The notes: generated by a model from the letters alone, not told the origin. A DNA stretch of 13,651 nucleotides from an uncultured Gemmatimonadota bacterium (GCA_964584035.1 CAZOYL010000058.1:1783-15433); one strand, 5' to 3'; positions 1 to 11,442 are shown, counted from the first letter of the stretch. A program made the numbers and translations.

Positions 1-73
1 AATCGGACAGACGGCCGCCGGGCGGGGAATCGGACAGACGGCCGCCGGGCGGGGAATCGGACAGACGGCCGCC
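1..73. repeat. 27-bp tandem repeat (AATCGGACAGACGGCCGCCGGGCGGGG), about 2.7 copies, possibly truncated by the window edge
   Basis: Units at 1-27 and 28-54 are identical, followed by a partial copy at 55-73. In the frame of the downstream ORF the unit encodes the 9-aa repeat ESDRRPPGG. Confidence 0.95.
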
Positions 74-989
74 TGCTGCTGCATCCACGGAGGCTGCTCT
101 GAGCGAGGGGATCCTTTCCCTCAACCAGGTGGCCCTGTTGCCGGTTTGGTCCGAGATTCGACCGGGCGAGGTGGATATGGCGGTCTCGCTCGCCGGGGAC
201 ATTCGCATGGGCATGCCTTTTTTAGTGAACCTGACCTGTTCCCCCAAAACGGCGGCCCTGGCCGCCGTCACGGCCCTGCGGGGAGCGATGCCTTTGCTTC
301 GTCCGGGACGTTCGCCGCGGGAGTTGGTCGAGATCGTCGGGAAGATAAAAACCTATCAGGGCAGCGGCGATGATATCGACACGGACGGTCCCGAGAATGC
401 CTGCCTGGACCGGGAGGGACGCCCCCGGGTAGGTGTGGTGCTTCATCCCGACGATGATCTCAGCGAGCATGTTTCAGCTTTACGGAAGGCGGGAGCGGAT
501 CTGCTGGTCTTAGAAGCTTCCCTCGGGCACGGAGCCAGGCTGTTGACCGCCATCGCCCGGTTAAAAGGGTCACATCCCCAACTGCCCCTGATCGCTGGAG
601 ATGTCACCGATGGACAGGGCGCAGAAAAGGTTCTGGGAGCCGGTGCAGACGGTGTCAAGGTAGGGGCTCCGTACATTTTGGGATTGAAGGTGCCCCTCTT
701 CAGCGTGATCCGGGAATGCGCCCTGATCGTGCAGAAACGGAGCGGTTTTCTCCTGGCCGATGTCGGCACGACCGAGCTGATGACGGCCTCCAGCCGGATA
801 GCCCGAGCTCTGGGAGCGGGAGCCGATCTGGCTGCGGTGACGCTGGAGCCCGGCGGTGAGGAATGGAAGCCCCATATACTCACCGAAGGGCTGGATAGTC
901 TGGGTGAAGATATTCGCATGATCCTGTCCTGCTGCGGTGTCGCCACGATCGAGGAATTTCACCGCAAGGCTCGTTTCATCCGGGTTTGA
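3..989 (+). CDS. IMP dehydrogenase/GMP reductase-family (GuaB-like) TIM-barrel protein, 5'-partial, probably catalytically inactive
   Basis: The frame is open from base 3 to TGA at 987-989. EGILSLNQVALLPVWSEIRPGEVD resembles the IMPDH N-terminus (EGLTFDDVLLVP..S.V.P.EVD). NACLDREGRPRVG, AGADLLVLEASLGH, LIAGDV, AGADGVKVG and ARALGAGAD match IMPDH segments. The GPGSICTT catalytic loop, CBS pair and flap are not recognisable. Confidence 0.75.
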   Translation, partial: SDRRPPGGESDRRPPGGESDRRPPAAASTEAALSEGILSLNQVALLPVWSEIRPGEVDMAVSLAGDIRMGMPFLVNLTCSPKTAALAAVTALRGAMPLLRPGRSPRELVEIVGKIKTYQGSGDDIDTDGPENACLDREGRPRVGVVLHPDDDLSEHVSALRKAGADLLVLEASLGHGARLLTAIARLKGSHPQLPLIAGDVTDGQGAEKVLGAGADGVKVGAPYILGLKVPLFSVIRECALIVQKRSGFLLADVGTTELMTASSRIARALGAGADLAAVTLEPGGEEWKPHILTEGLDSLGEDIRMILSCCGVATIEEFHRKARFIRV

Positions 990-1043
990 AAACGGCTTTT
1001 ATCGCAACGGAACCATTCACATCGATCTCGAAAGGGGGAAAGG

Positions 1044-1421
1044 TCCGCCAAAGCAAATCGGATGATCGCGGGTCCTTCGATGACCTGAGGAAAGTCCGAG
1101 CTCCACAGGGCAGGGTGCTGGATAACATCCAGGCAGGGTGACCTGACGGAAAGTGCCACAGAAAAGATACCGCCCTGACCTCGGTCAGGGTAAGGGTGAA
1201 ATGGCGAGGTAAGAGCTCACCGCGATCCAGGTGACTGGGTCGGCAGGGTAAACCCCACCCGGAGCAAGACCAAATAGGGAAGAAGAGACGGCCCGTCTCA
1301 CCTGACTTCCGGGTAGGTCGCTTGAGGCGCGGGGTAACCAGCGCCCCAGAGAGATGATCATCGGAGGAACGAGCCCGCTCGTTCCTCTACAGAACTCGGC
1401 TTATAGATTTGCTTTGGCGGA
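1044..1421 (+). ncRNA. rnpB: RNase P RNA, bacterial class A
   Basis: Hallmark motifs are GAGGAAAGTCCGAGCTC, AGTGCCACAGAAAA, GGGTGAAATGGCGAGGTAAGAGC, GGTAAACCCCACCCGGAGCAAGACCAAATAG and ACAGAACTCGGCTTA. P4 shows a compensatory CCGAG/CTCGG change. 1044-1059 is the exact reverse complement of 1406-1421 (P1), and there is a P19 hairpin at 1364-1387. Mature ends are approximate. Confidence 0.97.
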
Positions 1422-1455
1422 GTTCTTTTCCCTTTCGAAAAGGGGGCAAGAGCTC
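1420..1455 (+). promoter_or_regulatory. Stem-loop covering the probable recJ ribosome-binding site (AGGGGG, 1441-1446)
   Basis: GAGTTCTTTTCCCTTT (1420-1435) pairs with AAAGGGGGCAAGAGCTC (1439-1455), with three G-U pairs and one bulged C. It ends immediately before ATG 1456 and has no U-tract after it. Function is inferred. Confidence 0.5.
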
Positions 1456-3180
1456 ATGAACATGCGTTGGCAACTGGCCGCAGAGCCCGATCCCCAGCGG
1501 ATAAAGACTTTCAGCCGCGAGCTGAACATCTCCCCCATCATTGCGCGCCTGCTCCTGAACAGGGGGATCGAAAACCTTCAGGCGGGGCAGATATTTCTCA
1601 ACCCCCGCCTGGAATTTTTACACGATCCCTTTCTTTTCAAGGAGATGGAGCCGGCCGTCGAGCGCATCGTCAAAGCGCTAAAGGGGAAAGAGCCCATCAT
1701 GATCTTCGGGGATTATGATGTGGATGGCATCACGGCAACTTCTCTGCTCTATCTCGTTCTCACCCGTTTGGGCGCCAATGTTTCGTATTATATACCCAAC
1801 AGGGTCAGTGAGGGATACGGCCTATCGGCTGGGGGCATTCAAGAGGCAGCCGACCGAAAAGTTTCCTTGATCATCTCCGTCGACTGCGGCATCACGGCCA
1901 ATGAGGAGATCGACCTGGCTTGCTCTCTGGGCATCGATACCATTGTCACCGATCACCACGAGGTCCAGGAACAAGTTCCCCGGGCGGTGGCCGTTCTCGA
2001 TCCCAAGAATCCGCTGGACAACTATCCGGATACTACGCTCGCCGGCGTGGGAGTGGCCTTTAAACTGGCCCAGGGTCTTTACGCCCGGCTGGGTCTCGAT
2101 GATTCGGAACTGGAAAACCATCTGGATCTGGTGGCCTTGGGCACGGCGGCCGATATCGTCCCCCTGGTCGGTGAGAACCGGATTCTCACCCGTTTCGGCC
2201 TGGAGCAGATCACCAAGACCGACAAGGTCGGTCTCCGGTCGCTGGTGGAGATCACCGGCCTGATGGGTGAGGAGATCCAGACGGGGCACGTGGTCTTCAT
2301 CCTGGCGCCGCGGATCAATGCGGTCGGCCGGCTGGGCGATGCCGAGCGGGCCATTACGCTGCTGGCCACCAATCAGCCGGACCGGGCCCGCCGTATCGCC
2401 GGCTTTCTCAACGATGAGAACCGCCGTCGGCAGGGCATCGATGAGATCATTCTTCGAGAAGCGCTGGATCTGGTCGAGAGGACGATCGATCTGGAACACG
2501 ACCGGGCCATCTGTTTGGCCTCGGACACATGGCATCCCGGCGTCATCGGCATCGTGGCCTCCCGGGTGGTCGAGAAGTATTACCGGCCCACCGTCCTGAT
2601 CGCTCTGGAGGGCGATGAAGGCAAAGGCTCGGGCCGGAGCATCAGCGGATTCAACCTCTATCAGGCCCTGGAGGATTGTCAGGAGCACCTGATACGGTTC
2701 GGCGGCCACAAGTATGCCGCCGGGCTGACCATCGATGCCTCCCGGGTGGCCGTATTTCGCCAATGTCTCAATAAGATCGCCACGGAACGTTTGCATCCGG
2801 AGCAGATGATCCCGTCGCTGAAGATCGATATCCCCGTTGCTCTGGAGGATATCGGCGAGCCTCTGCTGGCGAACCTGAGCGAATTGGCTCCTTTCGGACC
2901 GAAGAACATGAGGCCGGTCATGATGGCGTCCAATCTCGAGGTGGTCGGCTATCCCCGGGTGGTGGGCCGGAATCATCTGAAATTTAAAATCCGGCAGAAA
3001 GACCGGTCGCTCGATGTGATCGCCTTCAACCAGGGCAACCGGCTGGCCGATCTTCAGGTGGGGAAACCCACGCTCAGCCTGGCCTTCGTGCTGGAGGAAA
3101 ACCGCTGGCAGGGACGCAGCTCGCTGCAGCTCCGGGCCAAGGATATGAAGATCGGTCCGCTGGGTCTGGAGTCGACCTGA
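1456..3180 (+). CDS. recJ: Single-stranded-DNA-specific exonuclease RecJ (574 aa)
   Basis: DHH-family motifs GDYDVDG, SVDCG, TDHH, LGTAADIVPL, APRINAVGR, HPGVIGIVASR and GGHKYAAG. The start is moved from 1354 (inside rnpB) to ATG 1456, which has an SD-like AGGGGG 9 nt upstream. ATG 1462 is an alternative. Confidence 0.95.
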   Translation: MNMRWQLAAEPDPQRIKTFSRELNISPIIARLLLNRGIENLQAGQIFLNPRLEFLHDPFLFKEMEPAVERIVKALKGKEPIMIFGDYDVDGITATSLLYLVLTRLGANVSYYIPNRVSEGYGLSAGGIQEAADRKVSLIISVDCGITANEEIDLACSLGIDTIVTDHHEVQEQVPRAVAVLDPKNPLDNYPDTTLAGVGVAFKLAQGLYARLGLDDSELENHLDLVALGTAADIVPLVGENRILTRFGLEQITKTDKVGLRSLVEITGLMGEEIQTGHVVFILAPRINAVGRLGDAERAITLLATNQPDRARRIAGFLNDENRRRQGIDEIILREALDLVERTIDLEHDRAICLASDTWHPGVIGIVASRVVEKYYRPTVLIALEGDEGKGSGRSISGFNLYQALEDCQEHLIRFGGHKYAAGLTIDASRVAVFRQCLNKIATERLHPEQMIPSLKIDIPVALEDIGEPLLANLSELAPFGPKNMRPVMMASNLEVVGYPRVVGRNHLKFKIRQKDRSLDVIAFNQGNRLADLQVGKPTLSLAFVLEENRWQGRSSLQLRAKDMKIGPLGLEST

Positions 3181-3238
3181 GGGCGTTTGGATTCTGCAGC
3201 GGCCGGATCATCTGCTCCGGTGAAACTGGAGGAATAAC

Positions 3239-3778
3239 GTGTCGGCCAGCGATCGTCTGAAGGACGGGATGATTCAGGTCTATACCGGCGATGGAAAGGG
3301 AAAAACCACGGCCGCCCTGGGGCTGGCTTTACGAGCCCTGGGACACGGATTCAAAATCTACGTGATTCAGTTTATGAAGGGAGACCCCGAATACGGCGAG
3401 CTGCGCGCCGGTCGCCGCATCGATGGTCTCACCATCCGGCAGTTCGGCCGCACCGATTTCGTCGATCGCGAACACCCGGCCGCGGAAGATGTCTCTCTGG
3501 CCCGGCAGGGGCTGGAGCATGCCGGGGAGATCATGGCCGCCGGCCGGCATGATCTGCTGATCCTGGATGAGATCAATGTCGCCCTGGATTTCGGGCTCAT
3601 CCCCGTGGAGGCGGTTTTGGATCTGATGCAAAAAAAGCCCGGGAACATGGAGCTGGTCCTGACCGGACGCGACGCTCCCGAGCAGGTCATCCGGGCTGCC
3701 GATCTGGTCACCGAGATGCGCCAGATCAAACACTACTATCAAAAGGGAAGGACCGCCAGGGATGGCATCGAGCACTGA
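3239..3778 (+). CDS. cobO: Cob(I)alamin adenosyltransferase, BtuR/CobO/CobA type
   Basis: IQVYTGDGKGKTTAALGLALRALGHG, IQFMKG, LILDEIN, ELVLTGR and ADLVTEM..IKH motifs. GTG start with SD GGAGGA at 3228-3233. Confidence 0.93.
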   Translation: MSASDRLKDGMIQVYTGDGKGKTTAALGLALRALGHGFKIYVIQFMKGDPEYGELRAGRRIDGLTIRQFGRTDFVDREHPAAEDVSLARQGLEHAGEIMAAGRHDLLILDEINVALDFGLIPVEAVLDLMQKKPGNMELVLTGRDAPEQVIRAADLVTEMRQIKHYYQKGRTARDGIEH

Positions 3779-4755
3779 TCGGGACCGGGGTCCTGTGAGG
3801 AATGCCGTTGGTGGCCTGATCGAACGTTTCACACAGGGCCATCTCCGGGCCCTGGCCAGGGTGATCACGCTGGTGGAGAACGAAGCCCCCGGATACCGCG
3901 ACCTGCTCGGGCGGCTTTACGGAAGCGCCGGCCGGGCCAGGAAAATCGGCATCACCGGCGCCACCGGCGCCGGCAAGAGTACCCTGGTCGATGAGCTGAC
4001 CAAACGGCTGTTGTCCAGAGGCCGCAGCGTGGGCATTATCGCGGTGGATCCCTCCAGCCCGTTCTCAGGTGGAGCCCTCCTGGGCGATCGGGTGCGGATG
4101 CAGGATGTGGGCCTGCAGAAGGATGTCTATATCCGGAGCATGGCCAGCCGGGGCAGCCTGGGGGGGTTGGCCAGGGCCACCCGGGAGGTGTCCATCGTTC
4201 TGGATGCGTTCGGAAAGGACACCATCCTTATCGAGAGCGTCGGTGTCGGCCAGGTGGCACTGGATATCGCCGAGGTGGTGGATACCACGGTGGTGGTCCT
4301 GGTTCCGGAATCCGGCGACAGCGTCCAGGCCATGAAGGCCGGCCTGATGGAGATCGCCGATATTTTCGTCATCAACAAGGCCGATCTGACCGGCGCCGAT
4401 CGGCTGGAGCTCGAGTTAAACAGTCACCTGGAGCTTCAGAGAGGACGGGACGGGTGGGATTATCCCGTCATCAAGACCCGGGCCCGCAGCGGGCAGGGGA
4501 TCGACGAGCTATTGGAACAGATCGACCGGCAGGAGGAGCATCTGGCTCAGACCGGCTATCTGGAGAAGAAGAGGATGGATCTGGTGCGGGCCGAGGTCCT
4601 GCAGCTGTTGTCCGAAACCATCACCAAAAAGGTGCGGCAGCGCCTGGATGCGGGGGGAGATCTGGAGACCGCCGTGGCCGATATTGTCGGGGGGCGTTTG
4701 AATCCCTACCAGGCGGTTGATCGACTCCTGGAACGCGCGGAAGGAGCTGGATCGA

Positions 4756-4763
<8 letters not shown>
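3762..4763 (+). CDS. meaB: Acyl-CoA mutase-associated GTPase MeaB/ArgK
   Basis: P-loop [63 protein letters not shown] and INKAD. Start uncertain: ATG 3762 or GTG 3795. Confidence 0.93.
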
Positions 4764-6423
<1,660 letters not shown>

Positions 6424-6437
6424 TGTCGGGAGAGGTC

Positions 6438-6845
6438 ATGGACAGAAAGATCAGGGTTCTCATCGCCAAGCCAGGATTGGACGGCCATGATCGCGGCGCC
6501 AAGATCGTGGCCAGCGCTCTGCGTGACGCCGGCATGGAGGTCATCTATACCGGCCTGAGGCAGACTCCGGAGATGATCGTGGGAGCGGCGGTGCAGGAGG
6601 ATGTCGATGTCATCGGCATCAGCATCCTGTCGGGAGCGCACATGACCATCTTCTCCCGGGTGATGGATCTTCTCCGGGAGCAGGGAGCCGATCTGGAGGT
6701 GGTGGTTTGCGGCGGCGGGATCATTCCCACCGAGGACCGGAAAAAACTCGAGGATATCGGCGTCAGAGGCCTGTTCGGTCCCGGCACGACCACCGGGGAG
6801 ATCATCGAATTCATCCGTGCCGCCGTGACGGAAAAGACCGCCTAA
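6438..6845 (+). CDS. Acyl-CoA mutase small subunit (stand-alone cobalamin-binding domain)
   Basis: [12 protein letters not shown] (DxHxxG), SILSGAH, GGGIIP and FGPGT. Start is ATG 6438 (GGAG at 6429-6432) or ATG 6423 (TAATG overlap with the upstream stop). Confidence 0.94.
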   Translation: MDRKIRVLIAKPGLDGHDRGAKIVASALRDAGMEVIYTGLRQTPEMIVGAAVQEDVDVIGISILSGAHMTIFSRVMDLLREQGADLEVVVCGGGIIPTEDRKKLEDIGVRGLFGPGTTTGEIIEFIRAAVTEKTA

Positions 6846-6909
6846 CTGTACGGGCCGGAAAGTCCCGGCGTTGCTGTCAGGACCGGCGGCGGCCGCAGAG
6901 GAATTCGTC

Positions 6910-7755
6910 ATGCAATGGGGATCCCGTCAGCTGTGCAGCCTGCACGAGAATGTCTTCTGGATCGACGGGGGGGCCATGTTCGGGGTGGTCCCCAGGGTCA
7001 TCTGGGAAAAACTGAGCTCGCCGGATGAGCGCAACCGGGTAGCCCTGCGGGCCAATCTGATGCTCATCCGCAGCGGGGACGGCAACATTCTGGTGGAAAC
7101 CGGCCTGGGCGATGATATTCCGGAGCGGTGGAAGGAGATCTACGGATTGCGGGAGCCTTCCCATCTGCTCGAGGAGCTGTCCCTGACCGGCCTGGTCCCC
7201 GGGGATATCGACCTGGTCGTTCCTACCCATCTGCATTTCGATCATTCCGGCGGCGGCGTTCACCGTGACGGGGAGGTTTTCCGCCCCACATTCCCCAGGG
7301 CCCGTTATGTGGTCCAGAAGAAAGAGTGGCAGGTGGCCATGAATCCGGACGTGCGCTCCCGGGTCTCCTATCGAAAGGAGATGCTGATGCCTCTGATGGA
7401 AGAGGACCTCATCCGGCTGGTCGACGGCGATGAGGAGATCGCTCCCGGCGTCCGGGTCCGTCTCACCGGCGGCCATTCCGCCGGCCATCAGGTGGTGACG
7501 GTCGTCTCGCCCCAGGGAACGGCCATCTACACCGGTGATCTGATTCCCACGGTTCATCATCTGAAGACCGCTTACGTGCCCAGCGTGGACATTCTTCCGC
7601 TGGAGACCATGCGGCAGAAGGACCATCTGATCGAAGAGGCCCTGGAAGGGCGCTGGCTGGTCTTTTTCGGACACGATCCGGAGATCGACGCCGGATATCT
7701 CTCCCGAGACGAGAGCGGACGGCTATCGGTGGAGCCGGTGGATGTCAGACCTTAA
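6910..7755 (+). CDS. MBL-fold metallo-hydrolase, YtnP-like (281 aa)
   Basis: DGGAMFGVVP..W, THLHFDH (HxHxDH), GGHSAGH, GDLIP and FGHDP. ATG 6910 has SD GAGGA at 6898-6902. Confidence 0.9.
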   Translation: MQWGSRQLCSLHENVFWIDGGAMFGVVPRVIWEKLSSPDERNRVALRANLMLIRSGDGNILVETGLGDDIPERWKEIYGLREPSHLLEELSLTGLVPGDIDLVVPTHLHFDHSGGGVHRDGEVFRPTFPRARYVVQKKEWQVAMNPDVRSRVSYRKEMLMPLMEEDLIRLVDGDEEIAPGVRVRLTGGHSAGHQVVTVVSPQGTAIYTGDLIPTVHHLKTAYVPSVDILPLETMRQKDHLIEEALEGRWLVFFGHDPEIDAGYLSRDESGRLSVEPVDVRP

Positions 7756-7835
7756 TGCTGAAGGCGGGGGCAGTGGGGGCCGGCAGGTGAACAGCTCATC
7801 ATCGGCAAGAGACCTTCGAAGGGGGCGGTGAACAG

Positions 7836-9386
<1,551 letters not shown>

Positions 9387-9403
9387 GGACTCAGGACCTG
9401 ATC

Positions 9404-10924
9404 ATGTTTCGCAAGATACTTATTGCCAACCGGGGTGAGATTGCCCTCCGGATCATGCGGGCCTGCCGGGAAATGGGCATCTCCACGGCCACCGTGTATT
9501 CCCGAGCCGATCGCCGGGCCCTCCATGTCCGCTCCGCCGATGAAGCATACTGTATCGGCCCTCCCCCGGCCACGGACAGCTACCTGCGCCAATCGGCCAT
9601 CATCGAGGCGGCCAGAGCCTGCGGGGCCGAGGCCGTTCACCCTGGCTACGGTTTTCTGGCCGAAAACGCCGATTTCGTGGAGGCCGTCCGGGCCGCCGGG
9701 CTGGTTTTTATCGGACCGTCGGCCGGGAGCATGAGGCTGGTGGGAGACAAAACGGCCGCCCGAAGGACCGTTCAGGCCGCCGGCGTGCCGGTGGTCCCCG
9801 GCGGGGACCGGGGCATCGATGACGATGATGAGGCGCTCGGCGTAGCCCGGGAGATGGGATTTCCCGTCCTCATCAAGGCCGCCGCCGGGGGTGGTGGAAA
9901 GGGCATGCGGATTGTCTCCTCGGCCGGGGAGCTCCCGGCTGCCCTGAAGGCCTCCCGATCGGAATCGCGTTCCTCCTTCGGCGACGCCACCGTCTATGTC
10001 GAGAAATATCTCGCCGGAGCCCGGCATATCGAATTTCAGATCATGGGAGATGAGCATGGCCATCTGGTGCATCTGGGCGAGCGGGAGTGTTCCGTTCAGC
10101 GGCGATATCAGAAGCTGATCGAGGAATCGCCCAGCTGTGCTCTGGATCAATCGCTGCGGCGGAAAATGGGAGCGGCCGCGCTGAAAGTGGCCCGGGCCGC
10201 CGGCTACACCAACGCCGGAACGGTGGAGTTCCTGCTGGCCGAGGACGGCCGCTTTTATTTCCTGGAGGTCAATGCCCGCCTGCAGGTGGAGCATCCGGTC
10301 ACCGAGATGGTTACCGGTATCGACCTGGTCAAGGAGCAGATCCGGGTGGCCGCGGGGGAAAAGCTGACCTTCGCCCAGGAGGACATCCGGCATTCCGGAT
10401 GCGCGCTGGAATGCCGCATCTATGCCGAGGATCCGGACAATGATTTCTTTCCCTCCACCGGAATCATCACCGGGCTGCATCACCCCAAAGGTCCCTGGAT
10501 CCGGAATGACAGCAGTCTGTTCCCCGGGATGGAGGTTGCTGTCTATTACGACCCTTTGCTGGCCAAACTGCTCATCTGGGGCCGGAACAGGCCGGAGCTG
10601 CTGGACCGGGCGGCCTGGGCACTGGAAGAGTACCGCATCGCCGGGATCAAAACGACGGTGGACTTCTGCGCGCAGGTGCTGTCGGATCCCGATTTCCGCT
10701 CCGGTCGGTATCACACCGGCATTATTCCAAAGATGCAGCAGCAACAGAGCGAGCCGGCCGAAGAGGATCTGGAGGTCGTGGCTCTGGCCGCCGCATTGAC
10801 GGCCTGGCAGGACGGGAAAGACCGTCGCACCGTCTCGCCCGCTCAGGGATCGCCGCCGGCCGGAGATCCCTGGAAACTGGCCGGGCGCCGGCGCAACCTG
10901 TCCGGCGGAGCCTGGGAGAGATGA
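9404..10924 (+). CDS. accC: Biotin carboxylase subunit of an acyl-CoA carboxylase (506 aa)
   Basis: MFRKILIANRGEIA, HPGYGFLAEN, KAAAGGGGKGMR, ERECSVQRR, FLEVNARLQVEHPVTE and YYDPLLAKL. ATG 9404 (AGGA at 9393-9396) is preferred; GTG 9383, overlapping the upstream stop, is possible. Confidence 0.92.
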   Translation: MFRKILIANRGEIALRIMRACREMGISTATVYSRADRRALHVRSADEAYCIGPPPATDSYLRQSAIIEAARACGAEAVHPGYGFLAENADFVEAVRAAGLVFIGPSAGSMRLVGDKTAARRTVQAAGVPVVPGGDRGIDDDDEALGVAREMGFPVLIKAAAGGGGKGMRIVSSAGELPAALKASRSESRSSFGDATVYVEKYLAGARHIEFQIMGDEHGHLVHLGERECSVQRRYQKLIEESPSCALDQSLRRKMGAAALKVARAAGYTNAGTVEFLLAEDGRFYFLEVNARLQVEHPVTEMVTGIDLVKEQIRVAAGEKLTFAQEDIRHSGCALECRIYAEDPDNDFFPSTGIITGLHHPKGPWIRNDSSLFPGMEVAVYYDPLLAKLLIWGRNRPELLDRAAWALEEYRIAGIKTTVDFCAQVLSDPDFRSGRYHTGIIPKMQQQQSEPAEEDLEVVALAAALTAWQDGKDRRTVSPAQGSPPAGDPWKLAGRRRNLSGGAWER

Positions 10925-10925
10925 T

Positions 10926-11429
10926 ATGAGATATACGGTCCATATCGGTAAACATTCATATGAGCTTTCCATCCGGGAGACCGCAGAGGGATTGAAGGTG
11001 GCTCTCGATGGAAGGAACCTTGACGTCGATATGGCCCCGGTCGCGCCGGAGATTGCCTCCCTGCTGGTCGACGGCCGGTCGTATGAAGTTCAGGTTCGGG
11101 GCCGGGAGGGGGAGTACCAGGTGTTCTACGGGCCCCGGCATTACCAGGTCATCGTCGAGGATGAACGGACCCGAATGATCAGAAAGCTGGCGGCCGACAC
11201 CTGCATCCAGGAAAAATCCCGCGAGATCAAAGCGGCCATGCCGGGTCTGGTGGTGAAGGTGGAGGTCAAAGAGGGAGATGAAGTGCGACCCGGTGACGGT
11301 CTGGTGGTGGTGGAGGCCATGAAGATGGAGAACGAGGTGCGCGCCCAGCGGAGGGGAGTGGTCAAACAGGTCTTCGTCAAACAGGGGATGACGGTCGATC
11401 AGGGGCAGAGCCTGGTGATCCTGGAATAG
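10926..11429 (+). CDS. Biotin carboxyl carrier protein with an N-terminal beta-rich extension
   Basis: AAMPGLVV...EAMKMENE biotinylation motif. Starts 1 nt after the biotin carboxylase stop. Confidence 0.92.
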   Translation: MRYTVHIGKHSYELSIRETAEGLKVALDGRNLDVDMAPVAPEIASLLVDGRSYEVQVRGREGEYQVFYGPRHYQVIVEDERTRMIRKLAADTCIQEKSREIKAAMPGLVVKVEVKEGDEVRPGDGLVVVEAMKMENEVRAQRRGVVKQVFVKQGMTVDQGQSLVILE

Positions 11430-11442
11430 CGGGGAGAGCTCG

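Noticed and set aside
1..73. Repeat as a CRISPR array
   Set aside because: The units are head-to-tail with no spacers, there are no cas genes, and the repeat is in frame with a CDS.
129..131. GTG 129 as start of the IMPDH-like gene
   Set aside because: IMPDH-like similarity (EGILSLNQ) continues upstream and the frame is open to the window edge.
986..1026. Sigma70 promoter for rnpB using TTGAAA (986-991)
   Set aside because: There is no acceptable -10 hexamer at 16-18 nt spacing.
959..1159. 66-aa minus-strand ORF
   Set aside because: It is antisense to rnpB and has no coding features.
1354..1455. N-terminal extension of RecJ from ATG 1354
   Set aside because: It lies within the conserved 3' end of rnpB, and RecJ-like sequence begins at MNMRW (1456).
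3181..3238. Cobalamin riboswitch or terminator upstream of the adenosyltransferase
   Set aside because: The gap is only 58 nt with no B12-box, and holds just a weak 5-6 bp hairpin (3202-3221) without a U-tract.
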